Shown here: one piece after another, positions 41,334 to 55,409 of the stretch
Layout: every line of letters starts with the position of its first letter
Position numbering within the stretch: position 1 is the first letter of the stretch
Assembly (NCBI GenBank): GCA_964016885.1
Contig: OZ024742.1
Span: forward strand, 88,722,001 to 88,786,000
Reading direction: 5' to 3'
From: Eledone cirrhosa
Taxonomy: Eukaryota
DNA: 64,000 bases
Notes under the pieces: model-generated
What the model was told of the DNA's origin: nothing
Databases searched by the model: none
What the model saw: the letters and a program-made list of their open reading frames with translations, nothing else
Position numbers and translations under genes: made by a program

Positions 41334-44300
41334 GTTCTTTGTGTCTCAGTCATTGATGTTAGTTAACTGGAAAGTTTGTTGAAATGAATATCAAGCCACT
41401 ACCTGCAGCCTCAGATATTCAGGACCTATCGGAGGGTTCTTGCTGTTCCAAGCAGGCATGCCTTAAAAGCGTTCCAAAAAGCGTGAAGGGGCCAATTTTC
41501 TTTAACCATCCCTGGAAACATTTTGAGATAGTCCCTAGTGCGCCTACGACAATCGGGATCACTTTGACTTCATGGCAGTTCCAAATCCTTTTTACCTCCC
41601 ACTTTAAGTCCTGGTATAGGTTAAGTTTCTCCCTCTCCTTCTCTTTCACTCTCGTGTCGAATGGGCAGGCCACATCCACAATCAGGCACGATCTTTTTTC
41701 TTTGTCCACAAACACCAGGTCAGGTCTATTGTGTTCCAGTTTCTTGTCCGTCTGTATCCTAAAATCCCATAGCACCTTCAGCTGATCGTTTTCTATCACC
41801 GACTCTGGCTTATGCTCATACCACTTCTCAGAATGTGGTAAATTGTTTACTTTGCATAGGTGCTAGTGGATCACCCTGCCTATCACAATCATGTCTCCAG
41901 CCCTTATAGTGAGTCTGGGCTAGGTGTTTATACTCGGATACAATGTGAGCCACAGTCTCCTCTCTCTCTCTCCACAGATCCTGCACAGTGGGCTAGCCTC
42001 CTCCTTGTAAATATGGTGTTTCAACCACTTCGTTTTGAGGGCCTGCTCCTGCGCAGCCATTAACATTCCTTCTGTAGCCTTTTTAAGGTCTCCTCTTTTC
42101 AACAAGTTCCATGTCTGTGGATCTCTAAATTCAGTTTTCTCAAAGAAGGTACTATGAAGAGATTTTTTCCTGAAGGCTGCTCTTTCTCCTTGATGTTATT
42201 TCCTCCTTGGACATCCCCTGGTCTATTGTCCCCTCCTTCAGTACAGTTCTAAGCATTGGCTCCTTACTATCAGTCACGTATTTGTGTAGGTTGTTTTTCT
42301 CCATCTGAACACAGTCCTCAATGCTGATAAGACCTCTTCCACCTTCAGATCTCCTTAAGTAGAGTCTATCGACATCATTACTCTTGCGGAACATGTTGTA
42401 GATAGTTAATAGCTTCTAGTTTTCCTATCCATTTATTTTTGTTCAGCAAGATTCCATCTCAGAATTCCCGCGTTGTATCTAATAATAGACACAGCTCGGG
42501 AATGTACTGCACTTATGGCATTCCTACTGTTCAGATGTGACTTTAATACGCTCCTTACTCTCCGAATGTATTCAGTTCTTATCAATTCCTTCATTTTTTT
42601 ATTCTTGATGTCATCTCCCTCCAGAACACCCAAATACTTGTATCCTTCTTCAGAGTCAATTTCCTTTATCATCTCACCTGTTGGTACCTGGATTCCGTTA
42701 CTTCTGCTCAATTTACCCCTCCTCATCACAATGACTCCACACTTACTAATACCAAATTGCATACATATATGATTGCTGAAAATAAGGAGTGTCTCAACAA
42801 GCACATCCAACTCCTTCTCACTCTTCTCGAAGAGCTTAAGTTCGTCCATGAAGAGGATGTGATTGATGGTAAGCCCTCCCTTTCCCAACCTGTATCCTGC
42901 TCTCACTTTTCGCAGTACACTAGTCATGGGAATCAGGGCAAGGACAAACAACAGAGTGGACGGACAATCTCCCTGGAAGATACCTTTCTTGATCTTCACG
43001 CTTCTCAAGAATTCTCCAGTTGATGTTAACTCTGTTTCCCAGGACTTCATACTTTTGCCCAACAACTGTCTGATGTTATCTGCCACCTTGAAGATCTCCA
43101 GGCTTTTGGTGATCCAAGAATGAGGCACCATGTCAAATGCCTTTTTGCAGTCTATCCATCCCATGGCAAGACCAGTGTGTCTCCTCTTGCAATTACTCAT
43201 TACCATCTTATCAATAATTAACTGGTCCTTTGTACCACGGGACTTCTTTCGGCATCCTTCCTGTTCGTCCGGTAACAAGTTGTTTATGTGGAGGTTAACA
43301 ATGCTTGTTAACAGTTTCCACATTACGGATAGACATGTGATAGGTCTATAGTTGGTATCATCATTAACCTTGATTCGGTCTTTCATTACCAGAACTGTGG
43401 TACCTTTTGTCAACCTCTCTTGTACCTCACCTGACATTTTGGGTGGAGGGATGTTATATTTTTAATCCAATACCCCTGCACACCATCTGGGCCTGGTGAT
43501 TTCCAGTTGGTTAGTTGTTTGGCCTGCTCTTTGAGAGTTTCAACTGTGATACTCAAATAAGTTTGTTGGTGTGCCTGTTCACTAATCTCCTTCTGTACTG
43601 TCTCAATCCACACTGTCTGGTCATTATGTTTAACGTCCTGCTCCCATATTCCTCTCCAGAATGTTTTAGTTTGTTCCGCATCAGGGATCAAGTCGTTAAC
43701 TCTTTCTTTCCCTTCAAGCTGTCCAAACAGCATCTTCTAGTTGTTGTCGAACATGCAGTTCTGTCTATACTGACTGACTATGTTCTCGTATCGCCTGATT
43801 GTTGCACTCTTTGCTACAATGCGTTGCTTCAGTTCCTATATGATAATATTTCGCTTTTTCCTCCTAGTTTTGTACTTTATTTCCAGTCTATGTTTAGTGT
43901 CTATATTTTTTAGTGTCCCATTCAGTAGGGACTCAAGCTTTCCAATGTCATTTCTCATTTCCCTGATTTGACCACTCAGTCGTTTCTTCCACCAAGGCTC
44001 TGATCTTTCTTGTCTGTTGTTTCCTCTCGCTTTTATACCAAGTAGTTTCCTCACCGTATTTGCTGTTGCTTTGAGGATATTGTTGCACTGGTGAAAGCTC
44101 CTCGCCTCAAAGTATGGGATGACTTTGTTTACCTTAGCTGTTGTTTCTTTTAACTTTTTCCTGTCTACAAATCTTAGGTTCATAGGTTTCCCACTATCAT
44201 TGTTCAATTCATCTACCACTAACTTTAGGATATCAACCAAATCTTGTCCTAGCCCGTCAGCATTCATCTCCTCAGTGGCCGTATCTCTGTTCCAGGTATT

Positions 44301-45019
44301 CAGATCATTGTCAGCTTCTGTGGTTCCTCCGTTCTCTCGACCTCTTCACCTTCATTTCCCACTGGCTCGTTTGCCTGGCATACTCCTCTCTCCATCTCCA
44401 AGCTAATCTCTCTGCTCAGTTCCTCCAGTTCCAGCTCGCTTATCCACCCATTAGTTCTTATTACCCGAGTCTGCCCGGCCAATTTTTGTTCATCTTATTT
44501 AAATAGACCAATTTCGTTCCAGATGTTATGCATCCGTTTTCTATAGCCTTTCTCCTTGGGGTTACTCTTCAGGTAACATTGCATAACAGTTCTATTCAAT
44601 TCTTTCGTCCAGTTGGTTCTGGTCCCTTTCCTTCTTCTTCTTCCTCCGACACCAGCAGTGTTTTGTTGACAGCCAGGTCCCTGCTGCTGAGCCAGGGAGC
44701 ACCTGTTGGGTGAGAGTCTGTCACATGACATTCTAGTCTCCATTTCACCGTTATTCGAACTGTTTAGGTTCGACATTTAAACACTCTTATCGAGGATTGG
44801 TGAATGTATGGTTACATAACCACCGGTGATTTCGTCACTCCCCTTGATTTTTGTGCGGCATTATCACGCTGTAGACGAGCATAAATAAACAAACATACAA
44901 ACAGGCAAAAAAAAACACCAAAAATGAATAAGCATAAGTTTCATTGTAATGTAACGTTTGAATGTCTGACTTAGTTTGTCCCTTCCCTTCTCTGTCCGTC
45001 TGTTTGTTTTTTCTCTTCA

Positions 45020-45021
<2 letters not shown>
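41334..45021 (-). mobile_element. R4/Dong-clade non-LTR retrotransposon (RT + RLE), near full length
   Basis: Single decayed ORF with TTA repeats at both flanks (41326-41333; 45022-45073). The 5' boundary is uncertain between ~44850 and 45021. Confidence 0.85.
41419..44776 (-). pseudogene. RT + CCHC + restriction-like endonuclease polyprotein, frameshifted
   Basis: WTKELNRTVMQCY..GYRKRM; WKSPGPDGVQGYWIK; NYRPITCL; DCKKAFDMVPH; GIFQGD; HILFMDELK; YKYLG; PLCRICGE; HNRPDLVFVDK..IVDVACPFD..K...YQDL..IPIVVGALG. Confidence 0.93.

Positions 45022-45073
<52 letters not shown>
45022..45073. repeat. (TTA)n microsatellite
   Basis: Visible directly. Confidence 0.95.
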
Positions 45074-45089
<16 letters not shown>

Positions 45090-45280
45090 TATAATCTATG
45101 TTTTCCGAATATTAATCATAACATTCGATTCGTTTGCAATTATGCAAACAAGCCCCAATTTTAACCATGTCAGTAGAATGAACCCTTCAATCTTGCTCTT
45201 GTTTTGGCATTTGAACAGAACTGCAGGCACTAATGTTTCTCAGTATCACCCTTCATCTGTACAGCTCACTGTTCACCTGC

Positions 45281-45392
<112 letters not shown>

Positions 45393-47304
45393 TATATATA
45401 TATACCATACATTCATGGACAATGTTCCAATCGTATAATTTAAATCTCTACACTATTTGGCAATAAAATATATAACACTCAGACTTTTATCCAGTAAATC
45501 AACTGTCGAGTAAATGTTTTCAAAATGGCCCCAGTATTTAATACAGAAATCAATATTTGCTGGCTACATAATATTTATTTGTAATAACTGCTTGTATTGA
45601 AGGTGTATTCTGTCATAGCTATTTGGAATAAAGAAATTTGTAGATGAAGATGGGATGTCAGCTGGAGATGAGCGTGTACTATATCAAAGAACGAATGAAT
45701 ATAAATGAGAAGTAACAGATATGAACAAAATAAATGGAGACAAAATTAAATATATATAAACACAGTGTGAGAAGAAAAGAGAAAATAAAGTAGATTATAG
45801 AATGAAAATTCATTGAATAGCGTTGGAAACAAAAGATAGAGTGAAGGAAGAAAGAAATTGACATAGAGAATAAACGAGATGAATATTGACAAAAGATGAA
45901 AATCACAAAACTGACAGTATATGTGAGAGGGAGCATCATGTGATTGTGTGTGTATATGTGGGTGTTTTTGTATGTGCGTGTATGTTTGTCACAACACGAG
46001 AAATTTGAGAGAGGGTTTAGAATCTATAAAGAAAAATACATGTGAAGAAAATGGCAGAAATTAAGAAAGAAAAAGAATAAGGAGGAACATGATAAAACAT
46101 ACAGAAAGAGAAAAAACACAGAATTCAAAATGACAGTGAGAAAGAAAGAAAGGAGTAAAGAAGCGGACCAATGAGAGTAATAAATAAATGAATATAGAAA
46201 CAATGATGCAAAAGAAAACTAGAACAAATTCAACAAATGGAGAACGTTACATGAAGAAGAGAGAGACAGAAAATAGTAACTATAAAATTGGAAAGTACAA
46301 ATCACATATACTTGTAATCATACATATGCACAATTATATAAACACATGGACACACATTCTAACATGCATAAATATGAAAAGAAGTAAATTCTAAAATAAT
46401 ATCTACAGAAGGAACTAGAACAATAGCAGCAATAAGTTGAAAACGTATAACTGTGTGACTACAATAAAGAAATGGATTGGAAGCATTCGTAAAAAAAAAA
46501 AAAAAAAAAAAATGACATCTAAAAACCTTCTGGAAATAAACAAAGGAAAAATCAAAGAATCAAAGTCTAACATCAGATCAAAGCAACATTTCCGCCAGAG
46601 AAAAATAATCTCCATAATACAGCCATATGAGAAATGAAGTGTACTACGTTAAATATGTATAATGATATGTAGGTATGTCTTCTAGCATTCTGAGTTCAAA
46701 CCCTACCTTCTCATTCAAATCCTAACTTCTCTATGCCAATATATTTTATTCTCCATTCTATATTTTGTTTCCATCGCTATTCAATTGGTTTTTATTCTAT
46801 AATCTGCAATATTTGTTTCATTCCTTCTTGGTTTCATAAAATAAACATCGCTTTACCAGTGCTATTGACTCAACAGTTTCAACTATGAATGTGTGATCTT
46901 TATGAATGATGTGAAATATTTTGGTGTATCAGAAACAGCAGGGATTGTAGTAAATAGATTGTGAAGTTTACTCATGTAACATAAACATTCTGCTTGTAAA
47001 TCACAATGCAGTCGAATTTGCAGTACGAACGTCAAATACAGCTAAAATAATGTCTAGGATAGAGAAATTAAATAGGAATTGATGCCGATTAAAATCATTA
47101 ACAAGCTTCTCTGCAAACATATTCCTGTGGTGTCTACGTAAGTAATTAGAGCATCAAATAAATACCACATGGTGTGAAGTTTTGGTTATTTACCTTCTGT
47201 GTTCATATTCTGCTGTATTAATTTATTACAAGGATCATTTTAATTAAATAAATATATAGTCCTCATATATAGGTGTGGTCCTGTGGCAATATTATGAATG
47301 TATG

Positions 47305-47487
47305 TGGATTGGCAGTATCGGTAGAGGGTCGGACGCCATGCTTTCCAACATAGTTACGTCCCTTTACGATCTGAGTTCAAATCCCGCCATAGTTGACTTT
47401 GTCTTTCAGCCTTACGGGGTCGATAAAGTAAAGTACCAGTAATGCACTGGGTAACTGCTGGCCTTGTGCCTAAAGTAGAAACAATTA
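47305..47487 (+). mobile_element. SINE
   Basis: Family head and core, with an internal 3' deletion. Confidence 0.85.
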
Positions 47488-47579
47488 ATGATTAATTCTC
47501 TCAATCTCCTATCACCACGAATAAGGTCTACTACAAACATCAGTTATAATATAACCACAGAAAAAATTCAATATATACT

Positions 47580-47764
47580 TCTTTCTACTTTTTGTACAAG
47601 GCCAGCAATTACCCAGTACATTACTGGTACTTTATTTTATCGACCCCATAAGGATGAAAGGCAAAGTTAACCTCGACGGGATTTGAACTCAGTCCATAAA
47701 GGGACGCAACTATGCTAGAATGCATGGCGTCCAACCCTCTACCGATACTGCCAATTCACCGCCA
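47580..47764 (-). mobile_element. SINE
   Basis: Reverse-complement family copy. Confidence 0.85.
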
Positions 47765-47808
47765 ATTTATAATGATACTAAAAATGCAACGCGTTCAAAT
47801 TGCATGCA

Positions 47809-47884
<76 letters not shown>

Positions 47885-47949
47885 TGTGAGTGTTTTCTGT
47901 GTGTGTGTGGAGATTCTTCAGCGCAGCAGTTTATGCTTCAGCTGTTAAA

Positions 47950-49356
47950 TGATGCGCGCGAAAAAGGCTGAGTCTGGCGCCGGATGGTCAGAGGACCTCA
48001 TGCATCAAACAAGAGATCTAAAATGCTATCCGAGTAATGAAGGGGACTTACAAATCTTAGCTTGGAAATACGTTTTCCTTTTTGCACTTGCGGTACAAAC
48101 AGGCAAAAATAATCGCAGCAGAGAGAGTACAGGCGTCCAAAGATAAGACATGGGAGGACTTTGGGGTTAAGGTGGAATCCGACTTCAGATCAGCAAATAA
48201 AGTATTCCGGCAGACCAGCCGTTAATTGCGTAATAAGTGTTTCCCCTCTCTTCAAATAAGTGCATCCTCGCGAGATGGAGAGAATACTTTCCTGGTCTCC
48301 TAAACCCGATCAGAACAACATATTTTGATGTATACGAGGTGCATATGTGAGAGTTGATTAATCTCTCAGAGGCTGATGTTGCAAGAGCAGATAAAGAGAT
48401 CAAATGTGGCAAGGGCCCTGAGGAAGATGAAATAAAGCCATAGATATTTTAATCCTCAAATAGAGAAGGTGTTCTTACGGCTGCTGCTTGCGTGCGAGGT
48501 GGTTTGGATGGCTGCAAAGGCACGTAAGCACGCAAAACAGCCGGCTAAGTGTTCACACTGCGACAGGTCTTCGTGAAATCGTGGAAGTATAGCCAAGGTG
48601 TATATTCCTGTTTTGTAGAACTTGAAAAGCCATATGACCGCGTTCCTCGCACCTGCACTGGAAAGTTCTGCAGGAGTAATTTGTCGATGGTGAGCTCCTT
48701 ATTGAATTAAGTGCAAGAATTGCAGGAGCTGGTGCAGTAATGCGTCAGCTTCGTCATTCAGTAATTAGAAGGGATGTGGATGTAAATGCGAAGCACTCTA
48801 TTATCAATTCGGTATTCGTGCCAACCCTAACCTATGGTCATGAATCTTGTGTAATCACCAAATGAATACGATCATGAATATAAGCGGCCGAAATGTAGTT
48901 CCTCCGAAAAGTCTTTAGAGTAACGTTACTCGATAGAGTGCGTAGCTTGGAGATCAGAGTGTTACTCCAGTTACGTCCGCTACACCTCGCAGCTCCGATA
49001 CTAGGGGCATGTGGTAAGAATATCGCAGGGAAGAATCGCTGGAAAGCTTTTACGGGCAAAACCGACCGGTAGGATTTCCAAGGGTAGACACCGAGCAAGA
49101 TGGTTGGATAACAACCATGAGCTTGCCTTGTTTCGCTTGGGCATCTAGTAGAATCAGTTGGAGCCGGTTGTTTCTGACAAGATCCACTGGAAGAAGTGTT
49201 TGAAGACTCTGCCCTCACGACCGTCCCAGAATTAATTGGGCAAAGAAGAAGAAGAAGAAGAAGAAGAAGAAGAAGAAGAAGAAGAAGAAGAAGAAGAAGA
49301 AGAAGAAGAAGAAGAAGAAGAAGAAGAAGAAGAAGAAGAAGAAGAAGAAGAAGAAG
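47950..49356 (+). mobile_element. Degenerate RTE-clade LINE 3' part with a (GAA)n tail
   Basis: GKGPEEDEIKP; CFVELEKPYDRVP; SVFVPTLTYGHESC; AAEM*FLRKV..VTLLDRVRS; (AAG)n at 49242-49356. Confidence 0.7.
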
Positions 49357-50254
49357 ATCCACCAATAACAACAATACAACAACAGCAGCAACATCGGTGA
49401 CAGCATATTTTAATATTTTCGCTAAATAATCACAGAAACAATGTAACCCTAAATGCTCTATTTTTGAATAACTGATAAAATGATCCCGGCTTAACATCAT
49501 TGATCATAACTCTGTAAACTCCAGTTTTACCTGTACAACAGAGTGCATTTTGAACTAAAATATCAATCCTTAATAGAAGCAATTTCTTTTTATGAACAAA
49601 AAATAAATCCGTCGATGCTATTACAGTGTGAAATATTAAGGATAGAAACGACAGCACATGAAAACCCAAATCCTCAAGAAATGCTGCTGCTGAGCCAACG
49701 AAAAAAAAACACATTCCAGAATGATATATTTGAACATACAACCACGCATACGAATTTTTAATACACAAATTACAAAACTTCGTGTGAACATCCTCAGGCG
49801 TAATATACCATCAAAAGAAGAAAAAACTGAAAAAAAAGTATCAAAATACAAATGAATTTATAAAGCGTAAAACAAAAAAAAAGCAATTTTTTTTGGCATT
49901 TATATCTCCACCCTCATCCTCTATATTTCTGAACCACACATAAAATCCCTAAATAACGTAATTAGTATCATGAGCATGAACTAATTCCAATAACCACCAG
50001 AGTATATCACAAGACGGATTAACAACATCAAACAAACAAGAACCAAGTGCAGCAGCAACAAAAACACCAAAAGCAACAAAAACAACCCATCTGCTAACAA
50101 CAAGCAAATAATGTTACTAAAAATGTATTTTGGAAAATCAAATATGAAAACAATTCGACATGAAAAATCATATATGCTGCCAAAGGACAACTGAAGCACA
50201 GCCAATCATCAACAGCAATGAATGAGCGCTACTATTGCAAGCAGTACTACTAAT

Positions 50255-50472
50255 GTTGTTTTCATATTTAGGCACATGGCCAACAATTTTTAGGGAGAAA
50301 AAGTAGATTAAATTGACCCCACTGCATTATTGGTGTTTATATTATCGACGAAGTAAGGACGAATAGTAAAGCTTTGCCTCAGTGGGATTCGAACCCAGAA
50401 TGTAAAAAGGCTTAAATATATAAGCAAATCATGTTATCCAAAGTTCTACCGTTACTGTCAATCTATCACCCT
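50255..50472 (-). mobile_element. SINE, diverged
   Basis: gggattcgaacccag (reverse-complement box B) plus a degenerate core. Confidence 0.7.
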
Positions 50473-50487
50473 AGAATTACTACTAAT

Positions 50488-50658
50488 AATTGTTTCTACT
50501 TTTGGCACAAGGCCATCAATTACCCAGTATATTACTGATACTTTATTTTATCCACCCCGTAAGTATGAAAGGCAAAGTGAACCTCGGCGGGATTTGAACT
50601 CAGGTTGTAACTATGCTGGAAAGCATGGTGTTCGACTCTCTACCGATACTGCCAATCT
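50488..50658 (-). mobile_element. SINE
   Basis: Reverse-complement family copy. Confidence 0.85.
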
Positions 50659-50779
50659 ACGGCCCTTACTACTACTAATAATAGTAGTTGTTTCTGACCT
50701 GAACAGTACAATTCTCTCCTGATTCTTTCTTTATCTGCCGCACAAGGATTAAAAGAAAAGTAAATATCAACAGAATTTA

Positions 50780-51250
50780 AAATAGTCGGAAAAGTATAGA
50801 AATATATGCAATATGGCATATTGTATGAGAGGCATAGGATTCTGTTTTTTTCCAAAAGAACTGTAACTGTAAACATGCCCACTAAGGAGAAACGTGCCCG
50901 TATAAAAATACAATATACAACCATGAGTTTAATTCCAACTCGGATACATATAAATATATCGGAGCAACCCTCAACATTTTTCGAAACGTCTATGTTTACA
51001 TATATTCATTCACAAGCCCGAATATGCAGAATTCAACCGAACTTCCAGAAATCAATCGAGCTTTGAAAATAATCTAGCAGTTAAATCAGGTTTAAATTAA
51101 CTACAAAATGTCCTAGTTCATCATACAATCTGCTAGACCCTATCAGGAACGACTTATTAAACTCTAGAAACGACTGGATCTTTAATTGTCAACACAAAGA
51201 ATAAAAGACATTCACTAAATACAATATACCTGTGACCCAACGCTCTAATA
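50780..51250 (+). mobile_element. Highly decayed PLE GIY-YIG relic
   Basis: KNCNC..CPLRR and HSFTSPNMQNSTEL, compared with CNCR..CPLRG and SFTNKKLRHSTSL in the long PLE. Confidence 0.5.
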
Positions 51251-52344
51251 AATATTAATATGTTCGTCAGTCATTAGCTATAATACATCTACTCATCCAC
51301 CCAATCTATATTTCTCTCTGGCTACACTTCATCCCTAGTTAACCTACACAGTACGTTCCAAAACCATACGCTATAAATAAACCCTATCTACTTCCTCCCA
51401 CCACATTTGTATCTAGAACACTAAACATAAATATGGATAACCTTTAAACCTAAATACTTATGCATTTGCCCCATAGACATATAAGATAATGTTAGCCCCA
51501 AATATGGTTTTTCCACGAATACGCCTCAACAAAATTTGAACTCGTCTTCTCCTCATACACATCCAATACGATACATACGCATAATCGCAAACCAACACAG
51601 CACGAAACATTCCATATATCTATACATACCAATCCTACATAGTCACTACTATAATCTTACTTCCCCAACAGAATTTAAGTTATCTTGATCAAGACAATAT
51701 AAAAACCACATATCGACATACATCAAAGGTGAAACGACAATTCTGGTAGCCCTCGTGTCAGAATTACTAATAATTATAAATAAACGAAATATTGAACATC
51801 AATATTTACGCCTCAGTGACTTTCTCACATTTTTCTCTATATATATATGTGTGTGCGTGCGTGTGTGTGCGTGTGTGCATGTATGGGTGTATGTGGTCGT
51901 GGTATTTTTGTATTTTGAAAGATCGTTATGTGTAACCATCTGCGTCGCCAATATTTTTATATTTTATGAAATTAATTTGCCAATACGTATCACATGCTAC
52001 AATTTTATTTAGAAATGTTACATCAAGTTACTGTGGCCTTATGAATGGAATGTTAATTTTCATATGGCTTTTATCCCTCTTATTATTTAATGGTCCCAAG
52101 CCTAATCTATACGTTGTTAATCAAGTGTGTATTATTATGTTACTGATTTGCTTTCAAGGTTCGTTTTTTATTTCCTTATGTATTGACATAATTATTTATA
52201 ATTTTAATGTTAACAACATAAGATTGTATGTATGTGTTTGTCTGTGTGTTGCATGATGCTTCTTTTTTGGATGATTGTGTATGGTTGCCTTTAGTTGAAA
52301 TAACCTTATTTTATTATCATTATGTTATCGATCGGTGTATAAGT

Positions 52345-52565
52345 GTATTGGACTAACCGTGTCAATATAGAGTTGGGAGAAATGCTTGCCAGCATATATC
52401 TAAGTTCCTTTACGTTCTGACTTCAAATCCCACCGAGGTTAGCTTTGCCTTTCATCCTTACGGGGTCGATGAAAGTAAAGTACTTGTAACGCACTGCGGT
52501 CGATTTAATCAACTTTCCCCTCCCCGAAAAAATGTTATCCTTGTGCCTATATCATAAACCATAAT
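52345..52565 (+). mobile_element. SINE, diverged
   Basis: ttcaaatcccaccgaggttagctttgcctttcatccttacggggtcgat. Confidence 0.8.
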
Positions 52566-52757
52566 TTTATCTGTGCATTGATGGTAGATTCCGCTGCTGA
52601 AGGAGTTGTTAAAACCATTATCATATTTACTGAATGAGCGTGTGTATTCAGGTTTTTACGAAATGTTGGATCAATTCGTTATCTGGAAAGCATTTTATAT
52701 CAACATTGTATATTGATCCAGTATTTTATTGTATGGCATGTTGATAGAATATGTATA

Positions 52758-53590
52758 TACGAGGTGCGTCTAAAAATAGCAGGGCTTAGTGTGCTGAGTT
52801 ATATATGAGTGGTAGAGGTATATAAGGAAAGCGGGGTGGGGGGTAAAGATTAGCGGATTGTGTCACTTTATGACATGATGGCCAGGGAGGCTATAACTGC
52901 GATCTCAGCTTTCTGCAGCCATTGTATATTTTCTGGTGTGTTTGTGTTAATAACTACTCGAATTTAAACCGTCGAGCAATGAACACAGACCAACAAACGA
53001 GCCTGAAGTATCTGGTCCACCGTTAGAAGCACTTCGAAAACCGTAGCAAATGTACAGAGATGGGATTATGTCACGCTCATGGAGTTCGAGAGGCACAAAA
53101 GATCTAAAGAAAAACGAGGCCGTTGACATGACTCATAGTAATGGAGGCCTTCAACGAGCAGGCCTGACGACAATGTTGAGCGTGTAAGGTAGGTTATGAA
53201 TAGTGATGGTCGGCTGACTGCCTGATCGCAAGTGGGCTGAGTATGAGCCGCGATCGGCAGCTCACAACACCATGAGAATCCAGCAGTTCCTGGACGAAAA
53301 GAACATCGCCGTACTGGAACTACCTCTTTATTCACCTAATCTTGATCCGTTTTCTTTTCCCCATGCTCAAGAAGGTCATCAAGGGAACCCGTTTTGAAGG
53401 CTTGGAGGCCATCAAGAGGGCCATAACAAAGGAGCTGAGTGGTATCCAAGAAGATTCCTTCCAGCAGTGCGTAGAAGCATGTAAGAGAAGGGTGAAAAAG
53501 TCCGTTAGGCTTCAAGTGGATTAATTTAAAGGGGAAATCATGTTGTTTGTTGTTTGGAATTCAATTACACCTGGGATTGTTTTACCTAAA
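52758..53590 (+). mobile_element. Internally deleted mariner element
   Basis: Starts TACGAGGTGCGTC (mariner-like end); LYSPNL..FLFPMLKKVIKGTRF....IKRAITKEL..I....FQQCVEA.KRRVKKSV. Confidence 0.75.
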
Positions 53591-53779
53591 TATGTTGCGG
53601 TAACCCCCCTGCACTGACTATCTATGTATCTACTGATGTACAATTGCATGTATATATAAATGACACTTAACACAATAATCCCAAGTACAAGTGAATATGT
53701 TTGTGATGGACAGAGTATTTGAAATGCCTCCATTTTATGACAAAAACATTCTCACAAAACTGTAGTCTTTCCGTGATCT

Positions 53780-54520
53780 GATACGTTCCTTTTCTGTTCA
53801 CTGGATCGAAAGCTTTAATCATGTCAACGAATTCTACGTGCATACATTTATTTTGCTCTCAACACTTCCCTTGGTGCTGCCTAAGAAAAGCACCATGTCT
53901 GTGGTCCTCCTGTTGATTCAGAAGCAACGCTGGCTCTCAGGGAGTGTGTTTTTTCTGCTATTGTAGTTAGTTAGCAACATCCTTGCGAGTATTGTTGCAG
54001 CGACAGTGAGCAGAGTAATTCCCCGGTAATTTGAGCAGTCTGAATTTTTCCTTTGATCTTGTACAGTATGATGATGACTGCATCACCGAGATTCTGTAGC
54101 ATTCGCCCTGCTGCTAGCAACATAAGAAAAGCTAGTTGAGATTTGCGTGTAGTGCTGCCCCCCTCCCCCCATGCTTAAAAATATCGGGTGGAATAACATC
54201 GATTCCTGCTGCATTATGCCACTCCTTAGCGGCTCCATTGCTTTGGTGGTCTCTTTATTGATGAGCAACTCACCCAGCTTCCATTTTAGTGGTTTGTTGG
54301 GAAATGCAGAGAATTGCTCATTACTGCGCTGAAGACGGCCTGGAAATATTCCGGGCAACGGCTTAGGATGAACGCATATGTCTCCCCAAATGACTCTAGA
54401 AAGGATAGGTAATGTCATATGCCATTTTTAGGGCTTCTTAGAAGCTCCTAATGTCTCCAGTGTCCGTGCACAACTGAGTTCTCTCACCGAGGTTGGTCCA
54501 CATACATTTACACCCTCATT
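53780..54520 (-). mobile_element. RTE-type LINE RT fragments (decayed, interrupted)
   Basis: The minus strand reads DAVIIILYK and DCSNYRGITLL..AATILA, plus a QCGFR/TTDMVL-like segment. Confidence 0.6.
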
Positions 54521-54607
54521 AGCTCTCAAACCAGCAAAATTGTTTCACACGATTTAATTGAGAGTACCATTTTAAAAAGCTGTATCATGCAACAGAAAAA
54601 GAAATCT

Positions 54608-55337
54608 GTCTGCTGGTCTCTGTCCTCTGAAGCATATTTGCCCATATTTGACAGCATTTAGCTGTTTTAACCTCTGTTCTAGCGATGAGTTTTCTCATTT
54701 TTATATTTATTCAATCGAATACATACTTGCTTCGTCTCGATCAGATATAACATTGTTTTAATTTTATCACAACTATGATTAACTTCCTATCTAAGACAGA
54801 AACCAAAGGTTGCGGTCCACTATCCCATTATGTTATATTCTTTGTTTACTTTCGTTCTTCTAATTGTGTTAATTGTATTATCACACACACTCACATCATA
54901 CCAGCAGAAAGCTTTATTTTGTTGGTGCACGATCCAGCATTTCAAAATTAAATCGTGGGAAACCATTTTGTTGGTTTGAGAGCTGATGAGGGTGATGGTG
55001 TGTGTGTATTTGTGTGTGCGTGTGTGTGTGTGCAAACATGTCTTGTGCATCGGCATTCATTATTTCCTTCTTCCAGTCACTTCTGTGTGCACTTCTCCTA
55101 GTACTCCTCCTCCTTCAATCTTTTCTATATTGCATCTGCATATCACCCAGTTTGTTGATTGACTTTCAGATGAACACTGGCTGCTGGTCTCTGTCATCTG
55201 AGGCATTTTTGCCCATCGCTGTCTTTGACAGCATTTAGCTGTTTTAACCTCTGTTCTAGTGATGAGTTTTCTCATTTTTATATTATTCAATCAAATACAA
55301 ACTTGTTTCGCCTCGATGAAAAACAATATTGTTTTAA
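54608..55337 (+). repeat. Diverged ~170 bp direct duplication (54608-54762 / 55180-55337)
   Basis: ctgctggtctctgtc.tctga.gcat.tttgcccat..tttgacagcatttagctgttttaacctctgttctag.gatgagttttctcatttt occurs in both. Confidence 0.85.
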
Positions 55338-55409
55338 TATATATGTATGTATGTATATACTCTTGAGAATTAGAGGCAATACCAACTAGTAATATATTAC
55401 AATAATCTA

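Noticed and set aside
48838-49500. Poly-Leu, poly-Arg and poly-Phe ORFs
   Set aside because: They are translations of the (GAA)n tail of an RTE relic.
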